A stretch of 64,000 nucleotides of DNA, taken from positions 128,001 to 192,000 of IMG/VR virus record IMGVR_UViG_3300033498_000048. One strand, 5' to 3'. This DNA comes from a virus (Duplodnaviria > Caudoviricetes). The first letter of the stretch is position 1. Each line of letters starts with the position of its first letter. Positions 9,801-18,497 of the stretch are shown piece by piece. Made by a program: the position numbers and the translations under genes. Under the pieces are notes generated by a model. The model worked only from the letters and a program-made list of their open reading frames with translations. It made no database searches and had not been told where the DNA came from.

Positions 9801-10080
9801 AATCTATCTCCTCAACAAAATCAGCAACATAAAAACGAACTATTTTATCGTGTAATAACGGATTAACGAAATCGGACATATTGTTCATAATTAAATTGAC
9901 ACTGAAATCTAACAAATCAACGTCAACTTTGGCTTCTTTCCAATATTCACATAACAATGTGTTTAACCGAGTTACCTCAACTTCAATTAATCCTTGACTA
10001 ACTTCAATCTTTTTATTTAATAAACGTGATGTTGCTATTATGTTTAATACTTTAGTGTGTTGTGCTACTGATATTGACAT
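9781..10080 (-). CDS. Hypothetical protein
   Basis: 99-aa ORF in an operon. Confidence 0.6.
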   Translation of the reverse strand: MSISVAQHTKVLNIIATSRLLNKKIEVSQGLIEVEVTRLNTLLCEYWKEAKVDVDLLDFSVNLIMNNMSDFVNPLLHDKIVRFYVADFVEEIDCDEYNF

Positions 10081-10139
10081 GATATGTGTTCCTATTAAAA
10101 ATAGTAATTACTCAATTTGTGGAACACATCATAACACAT

Positions 10140-10622
10140 CTAAAAACAATGTAAAGCCTTTTCAGTATATTTTAAATATAATTCAAACTGTCTTTTTATA
10201 ACAGTTTTCCCTACAGAATCTGGACGCTTACTATCCCACAATATACAATCTTGAAGTGTAACTACCATCGGTACATCAACACATTTAAACCCAATAATTG
10301 TAAGTTCACTTTTCAATTCCAGCCTTGTTTTTTCGTTTAGGTTGGTGTCTGCACAAATGATATTTTTTCCATTTTCAAATGCTTGTTTTGCTTTGGAAAT
10401 ATAAATCTGTGTAACCCGTTTTTCGTTAGGTTTATTGAATTTCCAAAGTTTCCACAATTCACCTGGAATTATCTCACGCTTATTCCATTTAGACAATATT
10501 TCTTTGCGTATGTCATCGCGACATACAATCTGCCATAATGACGGGTCAAATGTTTTTGCTAAAGTTGTTTTGCCAGAACCACTTGGTCCAATTAAAATAT
10601 TTGCTATTAATACAACACTCAC
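10140..10622 (-). CDS. Polynucleotide-kinase-type P-loop kinase (PseT N-terminal domain only)
   Basis: ILIGPSGSGKTT, VCRDDIR, ICADTNLN, CILWDSKR; no HAD phosphatase half. GTG start after GGAG. Confidence 0.75.
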   Translation of the reverse strand: MSVVLIANILIGPSGSGKTTLAKTFDPSLWQIVCRDDIRKEILSKWNKREIIPGELWKLWKFNKPNEKRVTQIYISKAKQAFENGKNIICADTNLNEKTRLELKSELTIIGFKCVDVPMVVTLQDCILWDSKRPDSVGKTVIKRQFELYLKYTEKALHCF

Positions 10623-10666
10623 ATCAAACTCCACAAAAATATGGGGCTGTAGTAGCCCCACAATTA

Positions 10667-10945
10667 CTAACAAGATTGACTTGATGCTGACCAACCACCA
10701 TCATAATCACCATCCGAACAACCTGAATCAGACCATCCATCTTCACCCTCACAGTCTGATGATACCCATTGATTTCTTGGATGATATGAACCACCCATAC
10801 CATACGATGGTCCATCAAAGATAAAACTGACTTTATGCTCATCCGCAATACTTTCACATTCCGACAACAGTTCGATAATTTTAGTCAATCTTTCATTGAT
10901 TTCTTCATTTGCTTGGGTGCTGTTTACAATTTCATTAATTTCCAT
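10667..10945 (-). CDS. Hypothetical protein with Gly/Ser/Asp-rich tail (YGMGG...W.ASSQSC)
   Basis: 92-aa ORF with GGAG RBS. Confidence 0.65.
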   Translation of the reverse strand: MEINEIVNSTQANEEINERLTKIIELLSECESIADEHKVSFIFDGPSYGMGGSYHPRNQWVSSDCEGEDGWSDSGCSDGDYDGGWSASSQSC

Positions 10946-11312
10946 TAAGTTCTCCGTTTTTATTTAAAGTTATATTTTTATCAATGACCTTGATTGGTTC
11001 AATGATAGTTTGTTCAAAATCTGCTAATATTTTGTTATATTGATATACACTTAACTCCAAAACATCCGTTGGAATTATATTCGGAACATTCCAAGTTCCA
11101 TTTCCACAATCAAATATTGTGAGTTTTGCATTAGGTAATCCATCACACATACCACTGAACTTAAATGACATTACAACATTGTTATCTACGCTTTTCAGTA
11201 TTTGTTCCAACGTAATGTCTCGTTGCCATTGTCCAGTGTTACTATTTTCAATGAAGTGTTTAAGGGAAGTTCTCGATAACTCGCCAAAAGTTAAGTTGTT
11301 GAAGGTATCCAC
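10935..11312 (-). CDS. Hypothetical protein
   Basis: 125-aa ORF overlapping its neighbours in an operon. Confidence 0.6.
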   Translation of the reverse strand: MDTFNNLTFGELSRTSLKHFIENSNTGQWQRDITLEQILKSVDNNVVMSFKFSGMCDGLPNAKLTIFDCGNGTWNVPNIIPTDVLELSVYQYNKILADFEQTIIEPIKVIDKNITLNKNGELNGN

Positions 11313-11617
11313 CTTAATCCCTTAGTATATAGTTTAAAAACAAATGGAGACCTATAATCTCTATGCGTACCGATGACCCAAGTAATATCACCATCAACTA
11401 ACACTTCTGCCACAGATTCAAAATCATGTAAATCCCAGAATACCTTTTCGATGTTGGAAAACGGACCACATGAAATACTGGTTGGAAATACGAGCATTCT
11501 TGGATTATGTTTACGCAATTCAGTTACGATATGTTGCGTTGAAACGTATTCCGTGTGTTTTGCTTTTTCATTCTCGGTACAACACCATAATAGATACTCT
11601 ATCGTATCTTTAGTCAT
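11291..11617 (-). CDS. Hypothetical protein
   Basis: 108-aa ORF with GGAG RBS. Confidence 0.65.
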   Translation of the reverse strand: MTKDTIEYLLWCCTENEKAKHTEYVSTQHIVTELRKHNPRMLVFPTSISCGPFSNIEKVFWDLHDFESVAEVLVDGDITWVIGTHRDYRSPFVFKLYTKGLRWIPSTT

Positions 11618-11633
11618 AATATTAACTCCATAA

Positions 11634-12059
11634 TTATAATTTATTACAAAATTGCTTAAATGTCAACTTTTCAACCACGACTTCCTTACTTGACGAATAA
11701 AACTTTTTAACTCGCATAATCGTTTTAGCCAATATGTTAATTTTTTTAGTCTTTCTGTCATAGGATATTTGAATTGGAATATTAATATCAGTAGATAATG
11801 AGTGAATTAATCTATCAATGTCATCGTCTGTTCCTAGATGCGATAAATCAACTCCAAACTTATCATATAATGATGTATAAATCATTACCAATTCAGATGT
11901 CGTTATTTGTTTTTTGTTCCTACTATCATTTAACCTATCAAAAAAGTGGTTGGTGAAAACTATATCTAAGCCCAATTTATTAAATAAGTTATCTAAATGT
12001 TTTTCAATTATTCTTAATTGGGTTTTTGAAATTGGTTGTTCATCATTTGTTCCAGGCAC
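11634..12059 (-). CDS. Conserved T4-like hypothetical protein (FTNHFFDRLNDSRN), probable virion/internal protein
   Basis: H-F-x-D-R-x-N-D-x-R-N motif, C-terminal LTFKQF, and an AATAAATA late-promoter variant at 12082-12089. Confidence 0.65.
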   Translation of the reverse strand: MPGTNDEQPISKTQLRIIEKHLDNLFNKLGLDIVFTNHFFDRLNDSRNKKQITTSELVMIYTSLYDKFGVDLSHLGTDDDIDRLIHSLSTDINIPIQISYDRKTKKINILAKTIMRVKKFYSSSKEVVVEKLTFKQFCNKL

Positions 12060-12152
12060 AATATAATCCTTTAAATGACAATATTTATTGAATTATACCA
12101 TTTAACCAAAGCTGCAAACAAGCACATATTAAATGATAATCGACTATGGATT

Positions 12153-12350
12153 CTATTTTAATAGACTTTTTTCTAAAAGTTTCTCACCAGCATTAACATC
12201 ACTTTCGGTAATTATCTTATATACACCTCCATTTAAAATCCTGAAATAACATAATTTACCTGCTACTATTCCATATTCTACTTTGTGAACGGTTGAAATA
12301 TCACCATTACCATAGTCTATAGCTATGAGTTTACTACCTTTAATATCCAT
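12153..12350 (-). CDS. Hypothetical protein
   Basis: 65-aa ORF with GGAG RBS. Confidence 0.6.
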   Translation of the reverse strand: MDIKGSKLIAIDYGNGDISTVHKVEYGIVAGKLCYFRILNGGVYKIITESDVNAGEKLLEKSLLK

Positions 12351-12380
12351 TTAATTCTCCAAAAAAACTTCATTGTACAA

Positions 12381-12671
12381 TCATTTTTCGACATCCAACA
12401 AGGTATTGTCTAGTGTTATTGTCAATTGAATAAATCGAGTGTGGAGTGACTCCAGTTTAATGTGTATCGTTTCATAATAAGCAATTAATTCACACAATTC
12501 ACCTGTATGGACGTTAGTATTTTTAATCCAACAAACAAGTCTATAAAATGTGATTATTGTTGACTCGTATAAGCTAACACCAACAATCTTTAATGAAACT
12601 ATGCTTAGTAGTCCAATTATTTTGACTTGTTTGTTTATTAACATCTGACTAACTCGCATGGAATGGAACAA
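12381..12671 (-). CDS. Hypothetical protein
   Basis: ORF fills the gap in a minus-strand operon; start uncertain. Confidence 0.45.
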   Translation of the reverse strand: MFHSMRVSQMLINKQVKIIGLLSIVSLKIVGVSLYESTIITFYRLVCWIKNTNVHTGELCELIAYYETIHIKLESLHTRFIQLTITLDNTLLDVEK

Positions 12672-12683
12672 TACATAAAAAGA

Positions 12684-13079
12684 CTAAACAACTTTAGCCC
12701 ATGAAATAAGTCTATAAATTAAAATTGCTGTTTTTTCACTAACAAAACCCAACCTAATTCTAGTTAATTTACCACCACTGAAAATCAAATATTCTAACAA
12801 TTGGTTTCGCTTGTTTAAGCTAATGTGTGCGTTTTGTAACTGTTTTTTACACATGGAAACAGATTCTTCTGGATAACATGGGAAAAAATATAATTCATCA
12901 TTCAAGTTTGCAATAGTTTTGCGTACATTTGCAATTTCACTTTTAACAATACCAATTTGCTCAGTGATATAAAGATTGCACAACTTACATAGATTTGCCT
13001 TTGTTTTGTTGGACTTTTCCAATGAAATTTGTGCTAATTGGTTATTTAACTCGCTTTTGATTTGTTTAATTGTTTTCAT
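12684..13079 (-). CDS. Hypothetical coiled-coil protein
   Basis: 131-aa ORF, ATG overlapping the upstream stop. Confidence 0.65.
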   Translation of the reverse strand: MKTIKQIKSELNNQLAQISLEKSNKTKANLCKLCNLYITEQIGIVKSEIANVRKTIANLNDELYFFPCYPEESVSMCKKQLQNAHISLNKRNQLLEYLIFSGGKLTRIRLGFVSEKTAILIYRLISWAKVV

Positions 13080-13849
13080 TATAAATTTACTCCACCCAAT
13101 TCAAGTTTCAATGACAACTTACTTTGTTGCCTGTTGTAAGGTTTACTCATTTCATAGTACCCTGATGTATCATAATCACATAATTTCAAATTGAAGTTTG
13201 GAAGCTCAAGTCTATTGATGTGAAATGAATCAGTGTAGTATTTGGCATATAATAACTGAAAATCAGCGATTGTCAATTTCTTATTTTTAATACCACTTAA
13301 AAACAATTCATCCCTAAACATGATTTTCAAGTAATCAAAAAAACAATGTTTTCTATTCCTATCAACTCTTTTTGGAGTAGGTGGATTATCAATTGACATC
13401 GTGAATACATCAATGCTATTGATAATATCTTTAATACCAAGTTCTAATAGACTAATTTTATGAATCACGGATTGTGACCAACCATATTCTGAGTGTGAAC
13501 GTAACCAATCTAGTATGTCAAAATTATTTACGTCAAATTCACGGTCTAACATTTTATTGGAATACACCCATGTGCCGTTATTGTATATTCCACGAAATTG
13601 GTCATATTCAATCAGGTGTAATACTCCATCTGGAACCACACAGTAACCTTGTTCAATTAGCAATCCAATACCATGATTAAAACTTTTAATTTGTTTAACT
13701 TTAACTCCAGTAAAGTTATATTCAGCATACACATCATCATCAACAATTCTCAACCAATATACTTTACTATATGGATGTAAGAATTGTTCAATAGACATAA
13801 CTGGCAGTCCAACCATCTTCTTAATAATTGGAATTTGAAATTTTTTCAC
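13079..13849 (-). CDS. Hypothetical protein
   Basis: 256-aa ORF with GGAGG RBS, coupled. Confidence 0.75.
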   Translation of the reverse strand: MKKFQIPIIKKMVGLPVMSIEQFLHPYSKVYWLRIVDDDVYAEYNFTGVKVKQIKSFNHGIGLLIEQGYCVVPDGVLHLIEYDQFRGIYNNGTWVYSNKMLDREFDVNNFDILDWLRSHSEYGWSQSVIHKISLLELGIKDIINSIDVFTMSIDNPPTPKRVDRNRKHCFFDYLKIMFRDELFLSGIKNKKLTIADFQLLYAKYYTDSFHINRLELPNFNLKLCDYDTSGYYEMSKPYNRQQSKLSLKLELGGVNL

Positions 13850-14139
13850 TATACCTCCATTTTATACAACCAATCAACAGGAATATTAGCATTAATGTCG
13901 TAACAACAGCCTTCAAACTGAAATTCAACGACATCGGTATAATCTCGTACAATTTTAGTTCCAGCAACAGTAACAATTTTTTCAAACTCGCCATCCTCTG
14001 GAGTTTCAACCACAATTTTTATCTTATCTCCTTTTTTTATGGAAGTTGCTTTTTTGTAACCTTTTCTTCTACTGATTTTGCTTCCACTCTTAACTTCAAT
14101 AACATTTTCATACAATATGGCTGAACTTGAATGCGACAT
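13849..14139 (-). CDS. Hypothetical protein (SH3/KOW-like small beta domain possible)
   Basis: 96-aa ORF, first gene after a perfect sigma70 promoter. Confidence 0.65.
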   Translation of the reverse strand: MSHSSSAILYENVIEVKSGSKISRRKGYKKATSIKKGDKIKIVVETPEDGEFEKIVTVAGTKIVRDYTDVVEFQFEGCCYDINANIPVDWLYKMEV

Positions 14140-14169
14140 GATTATTTACCCCTTGTTTGAATTTTTTAC

Positions 14170-14198
14170 ATTATAGTTATTTGAAATTAAGATGTCAA
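14170..14198 (-). promoter_or_regulatory. Sigma70-like early promoter TTGACA-17-TATAAT
   Basis: Perfect consensus, 42 bp from repeat array 1. Confidence 0.8.
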
Positions 14199-14239
14199 CT
14201 ATTAATTTGTAATAAAAATACTAGCGACTGTCCACCAAG

Positions 14240-14790
14240 AATCAATGAGTTAGCACTTACAGGTTGGTGTTAGTTATATAACTGTTCCAAGTGCTAACTC
14301 ATTGATTCGTATAGTGTAATTAATTGTTATTAACTATCAATAGGTTAGCACTTACAGACATTAAGTAATTATAGGGACGCTTCAAGAGTGTATCATTCAT
14401 TGTCAATTATTAAAATCAATGAGTTAGCACTTGCACTGGTCTTATAATTAACTAACTGTTCCAAGTGCTAACCACTTGTTTAATATACATAAAGTTAATT
14501 AGTATAACTATCAATAGGTTAGCACTTATAGACTGGTATTAGTTATATAACTGTTGCAAGTGCTAACCTATTGATAGTTGGTTGTCCAAACCATTGAGGT
14601 GTAGTTAAAAATTGGAACAAATATGTAACTAATTGTGTTGAATAGCTAAAATCAATGAGTTAGCACTTACAGCGTGGTATTAATTACTTAATTGTTCCAA
14701 GTGCTAACCTATTGATTTAATTGAGAATGGTACAAGGTAATAATATCAACGACTTAGCACTTGGACGGTGTTATTAATTATCCAAGTGCT
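14240..14790. repeat. Inverted-repeat array 1 (68-bp units; IHF-box arms)
   Basis: Complete units start at 14240, 14414, 14509 and 14650, e.g. AATCAATGAGTTAGCACTT-N30-AAGTGCTAACTCATTGATT; partial units at 14335 and 14744. Confidence 0.95.
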
Positions 14791-14824
14791 ATTTTTATGA
14801 GTGGAACATTTCCACAATTGAATA

Positions 14825-16138
14825 CTAAAGACTAATCGAACTAACTTCGTTTAAATACATTTTATTAGCTGTTGTATTCAATAACGATTTTAGTTCTTTT
14901 TCTTTGTTTTTTAATGAGGTGTTTAAATCTGCTATTTTATCTTTTGTTAGGTTGTAAATAGGCATTGATAACAACTTATCTACATTAATGAATCCATTGT
15001 TCGATAATAACTCTACCAATTGTTTTTTAGACAATTCTTTAAATGTTGTTGCATTTTCAATGTAATAATTGATAAATCGTATTTTTTCTGAAATATCTGC
15101 TATTTCAGCAGTAACTATATCAATTAACTTTAAACGTCTCAATTCATAAATGTGAAGTCGATACTTAACAAAATAATCAACAATTTCTGCTGCCGAATTA
15201 AATACTTGAAGTTTAGAATTAACATTCCACAATGTTAAGTTTTCAGTGTCTTTTGATACCAACTTAAATGTATTATAAATGGTATCAATGTCCATATTAG
15301 TAACATTCCTAGGGCATTTAATTTCAATATTAAATCCATCTTCTGAAGAATCATCATCATAATCTTTGATTACATCTGTTTCCTTCAGTTTATTAAGGAT
15401 TGTTTTAATATCATCAAGGAACATTCCAATTGGCAATTCGGTAATACTAATTGTCGTTGAATTAACAATTTCCAATTTACCTTTGAAAATCCATTGGTTT
15501 TGATTTTCACCTTTTAATATTTGTCCAATGAAATTCTTATACCAAGGAATCAACTCAATTCTAGGTGTACCATTTAATATAGCAATAATATCATTTTTTA
15601 CATCAATTGGATTATATGCTAACACTTTACTGGCATATCCAGTACCAATTCCATGTGTTCCATTAATTAATACAACTGGTAATATTGGAACATAGAACTT
15701 TGGCTCAATTTGTTGGTCATCTTCATATAGATGTTCCAATATCACATCATCTGTACTATTAAATAATGTATTAAATGATGGAGATAACTTTGTGAAAATA
15801 TACCTATGTGCTGCTGGAATTGGTGATAATCTTGAACCAAATTGCCCTATAGGTTCGAGTAAATTGATATTGTTTGAACCAGCAAAGTTTTGAGCTAAGT
15901 TACAAATAACACCACCGATTCCTGCTTCTCCGTGGTGGTAAGCTGTTTCAGCAGCAACGGATGAACACAATTGTGCTACTTTGATTTCTGTGTTGGTTCT
16001 TTTTTTACAAGTGTGGACTATTTTACGTTGTGTTATTTTTAATCCATCTATGACATTTGCAATACTCCGTTGTGAATCATATATCGTGTATGGTTTATGT
16101 TGTGTTTCAAAAAACTCATTAATTGTTATCTTTTGCAT
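14825..16138 (-). CDS. 52: Type II DNA topoisomerase, GyrA/ParC-like subunit (T4 gp52)
   Basis: DGLKITQRK, YHHGE, GQFGSR...AAHRYIF (catalytic RY), NGTHGIGTGY. Confidence 0.95.
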   Translation of the reverse strand: MQKITINEFFETQHKPYTIYDSQRSIANVIDGLKITQRKIVHTCKKRTNTEIKVAQLCSSVAAETAYHHGEAGIGGVICNLAQNFAGSNNINLLEPIGQFGSRLSPIPAAHRYIFTKLSPSFNTLFNSTDDVILEHLYEDDQQIEPKFYVPILPVVLINGTHGIGTGYASKVLAYNPIDVKNDIIAILNGTPRIELIPWYKNFIGQILKGENQNQWIFKGKLEIVNSTTISITELPIGMFLDDIKTILNKLKETDVIKDYDDDSSEDGFNIEIKCPRNVTNMDIDTIYNTFKLVSKDTENLTLWNVNSKLQVFNSAAEIVDYFVKYRLHIYELRRLKLIDIVTAEIADISEKIRFINYYIENATTFKELSKKQLVELLSNNGFINVDKLLSMPIYNLTKDKIADLNTSLKNKEKELKSLLNTTANKMYLNEVSSISL

Positions 16139-16152
16139 TTGCTTATTCCCAG

Positions 16153-18042
16153 TTATACCAACTCACTAATACCCATCCAATCTTTTCTTAGATTAGTCAT
16201 TCCCTTTTCTTTTGAAAACATTAACTTGAATGTTCCAGGAACATCGCTATCAATTCCAGTTGATACTACCATTAAATTATTATCTAATGACGTTTCATCA
16301 AAATATTCTTTCCATTCTTTTGATGTTGATGTTCCAAGTCCTTTATAATATTTAAATGTAAATCCTGTATTAGATTCTTTCCATTCATTAAATTTGTCCA
16401 GTGAATAGAAGTTAATCGACTTCTTTTTATGTTGTACCTTAACAATTGGAGTATTTAAAATACAAATGATTCCCAATTCAAATAGTTCTGGAAAAAACTT
16501 GTGAAACATATTTAATAACAATGACCTGATTTGATAACCATCAAGGTCTTGGTCCGTGGTTATGATGATTTTTCCAAACCTAATATCATTTACAGATTCA
16601 ACTTTAACTCCGAGTTGTAATCCTAATATAGTCAATATGTTTTTAAATTCAGAGTTGTTTATAACGTCTTTAATGTCCATATCAAACACATTAATTGGTT
16701 TACCTTTTAATGGAAATGCTCCATGTAATTTAGTATTCCTACCACTTAATATTCCGCTAAGAGCCGAATCACCCTCAACAAGAAATAATGAGGTTTCCAT
16801 TCTATTTTTTGATGTTGCATCGTGAAACTTTGGAACATTCTTTGGGTCATTTTTGTTAATTAGTTTACTATGTTTCCGCAATTCAGCAGCAATTGTAGCC
16901 TGTTCTTTAGCCTTTACCCAATCTAATATAGATTGAATAGCATCTAATTCCAATACTTTTTTTATGAACTTATCATCACAGACCCACTCAGTTTGATATG
17001 CCTTGGGTTCTGTAATTAATTGTTCCTTAGTTTGGCTAGAATATCTAGGTTTAGCAATACTAGCAACAATGAATAATTGTAAATGGTTTTTAATATCTGC
17101 TGGCTTTACATCAATCTTGTGTTTTTTACTAAAATGGAATTTGAGCTTTGAAACTATTTGATTGGTTACATAATCAATATGTGTTCCCCCAACAAATGTT
17201 TCTGTTCCGTTGACAAACGAAACGTGGTCAAAGCCATCGGTTGCAGATGTAACAGCAATTTTCCAAGTATCGGTTTCATCAATTGCATAATTATCACAAT
17301 ACATGGAAACATAGTTTTTATATGAATCAATTTTTATCAATTCACCGTTTAAATGTATCTTTAATTTTGGATTACATCCAGCAACATCATAAACACGTTT
17401 AACTAACCTATCGTAATTATCTTGGTCTAATGTTTCTAAATTAAAGCGTGGATAGTCTGGAATCCATGATATTTCAGTAAACCGTTTTTTTGATTTGGTT
17501 ATTACTGGCTCTGTTTTTAACCTTGAATTGTTACTGTGTGTCTGGTTAAATGAGTTAGTTCCATCTGAAGTTATAACATTAAACTCAGTTGCAAATATTG
17601 CAGTTAATGATGCACCCTCACCATTTTGACCTGCACTAAAACCATCATCCGAATCATCATCAAAATTGCTTCCAGATTTCAATTCAAATACCATTTCTGG
17701 AATCCATTGGTTGTAGTCTTTGTGTTTGACAACTGTAATTCCACCATTATCAAACACTGTAATTTTACCAGTGCCTTTATCAATAGTCACTTTGATTGTA
17801 TCTAAATGTGACCCATCTGGACGTTTAGAAAAGTCGATTGAGTTTGAAATAACTTCATCAAATACTTTTAATAGTCCAGGACAAAAAGTCAGCTCTTTCT
17901 TCACAAAATTCTTTTCAATTTGGTTGTGAATAAATGTACTTGCTGTATGTGGATTAATAGACCCGATATATCTTCCTGGTCTGTGTAAAACATGGTCTAT
18001 ATCATCCAATTTTTTAAATCGTTCTTCAATCGTTTTTAACAT
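16153..18042 (-). CDS. 39: Type II DNA topoisomerase, GyrB-like subunit (fused gp39+gp60)
   Basis: HVLHRPGRYIGS, EVISNSID GHKL box, GQNGEGA, VEGDSA, PLKGK, DQDLDG, YYKGLGTS. Confidence 0.95.
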   Translation of the reverse strand: MLKTIEERFKKLDDIDHVLHRPGRYIGSINPHTASTFIHNQIEKNFVKKELTFCPGLLKVFDEVISNSIDFSKRPDGSHLDTIKVTIDKGTGKITVFDNGGITVVKHKDYNQWIPEMVFELKSGSNFDDDSDDGFSAGQNGEGASLTAIFATEFNVITSDGTNSFNQTHSNNSRLKTEPVITKSKKRFTEISWIPDYPRFNLETLDQDNYDRLVKRVYDVAGCNPKLKIHLNGELIKIDSYKNYVSMYCDNYAIDETDTWKIAVTSATDGFDHVSFVNGTETFVGGTHIDYVTNQIVSKLKFHFSKKHKIDVKPADIKNHLQLFIVASIAKPRYSSQTKEQLITEPKAYQTEWVCDDKFIKKVLELDAIQSILDWVKAKEQATIAAELRKHSKLINKNDPKNVPKFHDATSKNRMETSLFLVEGDSALSGILSGRNTKLHGAFPLKGKPINVFDMDIKDVINNSEFKNILTILGLQLGVKVESVNDIRFGKIIITTDQDLDGYQIRSLLLNMFHKFFPELFELGIICILNTPIVKVQHKKKSINFYSLDKFNEWKESNTGFTFKYYKGLGTSTSKEWKEYFDETSLDNNLMVVSTGIDSDVPGTFKLMFSKEKGMTNLRKDWMGISELV

Positions 18043-18265
18043 AATGCTCCGTTAAATTGTAAATGTTAATATCAACAGACGTAAATTCACGTTCCTTTTC
18101 AATAATCTTATTATCCTTGCGTTTTATATTTCTTCTTATTTTTTCACTAAAGACCTTCCGTTGTTTACCCCAATTCATTGGTACTTTACCGACCCACTCA
18201 CTAGGTATTTCCACCAGTTTTCCACGCCTTAATCTATAAAAGATTCCATCTTTTTCAATTCTCAT
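18026..18265 (-). CDS. Small basic protein, paralogue B (YRLRRGKLVEIPSEWVGK)
   Basis: Shares an 18-aa block with the adjacent ORF; ATGA/stop coupling. Confidence 0.7.
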   Translation of the reverse strand: MRIEKDGIFYRLRRGKLVEIPSEWVGKVPMNWGKQRKVFSEKIRRNIKRKDNKIIEKEREFTSVDINIYNLTEHYVKND

Positions 18266-18483
18266 ATTAAGTCTGGACCACTAAAAGTATTTAATGAATG
18301 TATTTCATATAAATTAACACCACCTCGGTCTATAGTTCTTCCACGTTTGGGTTTTTTGCTTTGTCTGTTCCTCATAGTACAAGGAGTTGTTACTTTACCG
18401 ACCCATTCGCTTGGAATTTCAACAAGTTTACCACGTCTTAGTCTATAATAGATTCCATATATTTCTTTACGCATAATAATCAC
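18262..18483 (-). CDS. Small basic protein, paralogue A (YRLRRGKLVEIPSEWVGK)
   Basis: Tandem duplicate; AGGTG RBS. Confidence 0.7.
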   Translation of the reverse strand: MIIMRKEIYGIYYRLRRGKLVEIPSEWVGKVTTPCTMRNRQSKKPKRGRTIDRGGVNLYEIHSLNTFSGPDLI

Positions 18484-18497
18484 CTATAATTAAATTG

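Noticed and set aside
14250-14297. Resemblance of TTAGCACTT...AAGTGCTAA to the CIRCE element (TTAGCACTC-N9-GAGTGCTAA)
   Set aside because: The spacer is 30 bp rather than 9 and the ninth base is T, so the geometry does not fit an HrcA dimer. HrcA binding is not formally excluded, but the IHF match explains more positions.
14240-14307. Repeat units as Rho-independent terminators or MITEs
   Set aside because: Stems are AT-rich with 30-nt loops and lack consistent U-tracts; no target-site duplications or transposase were seen.
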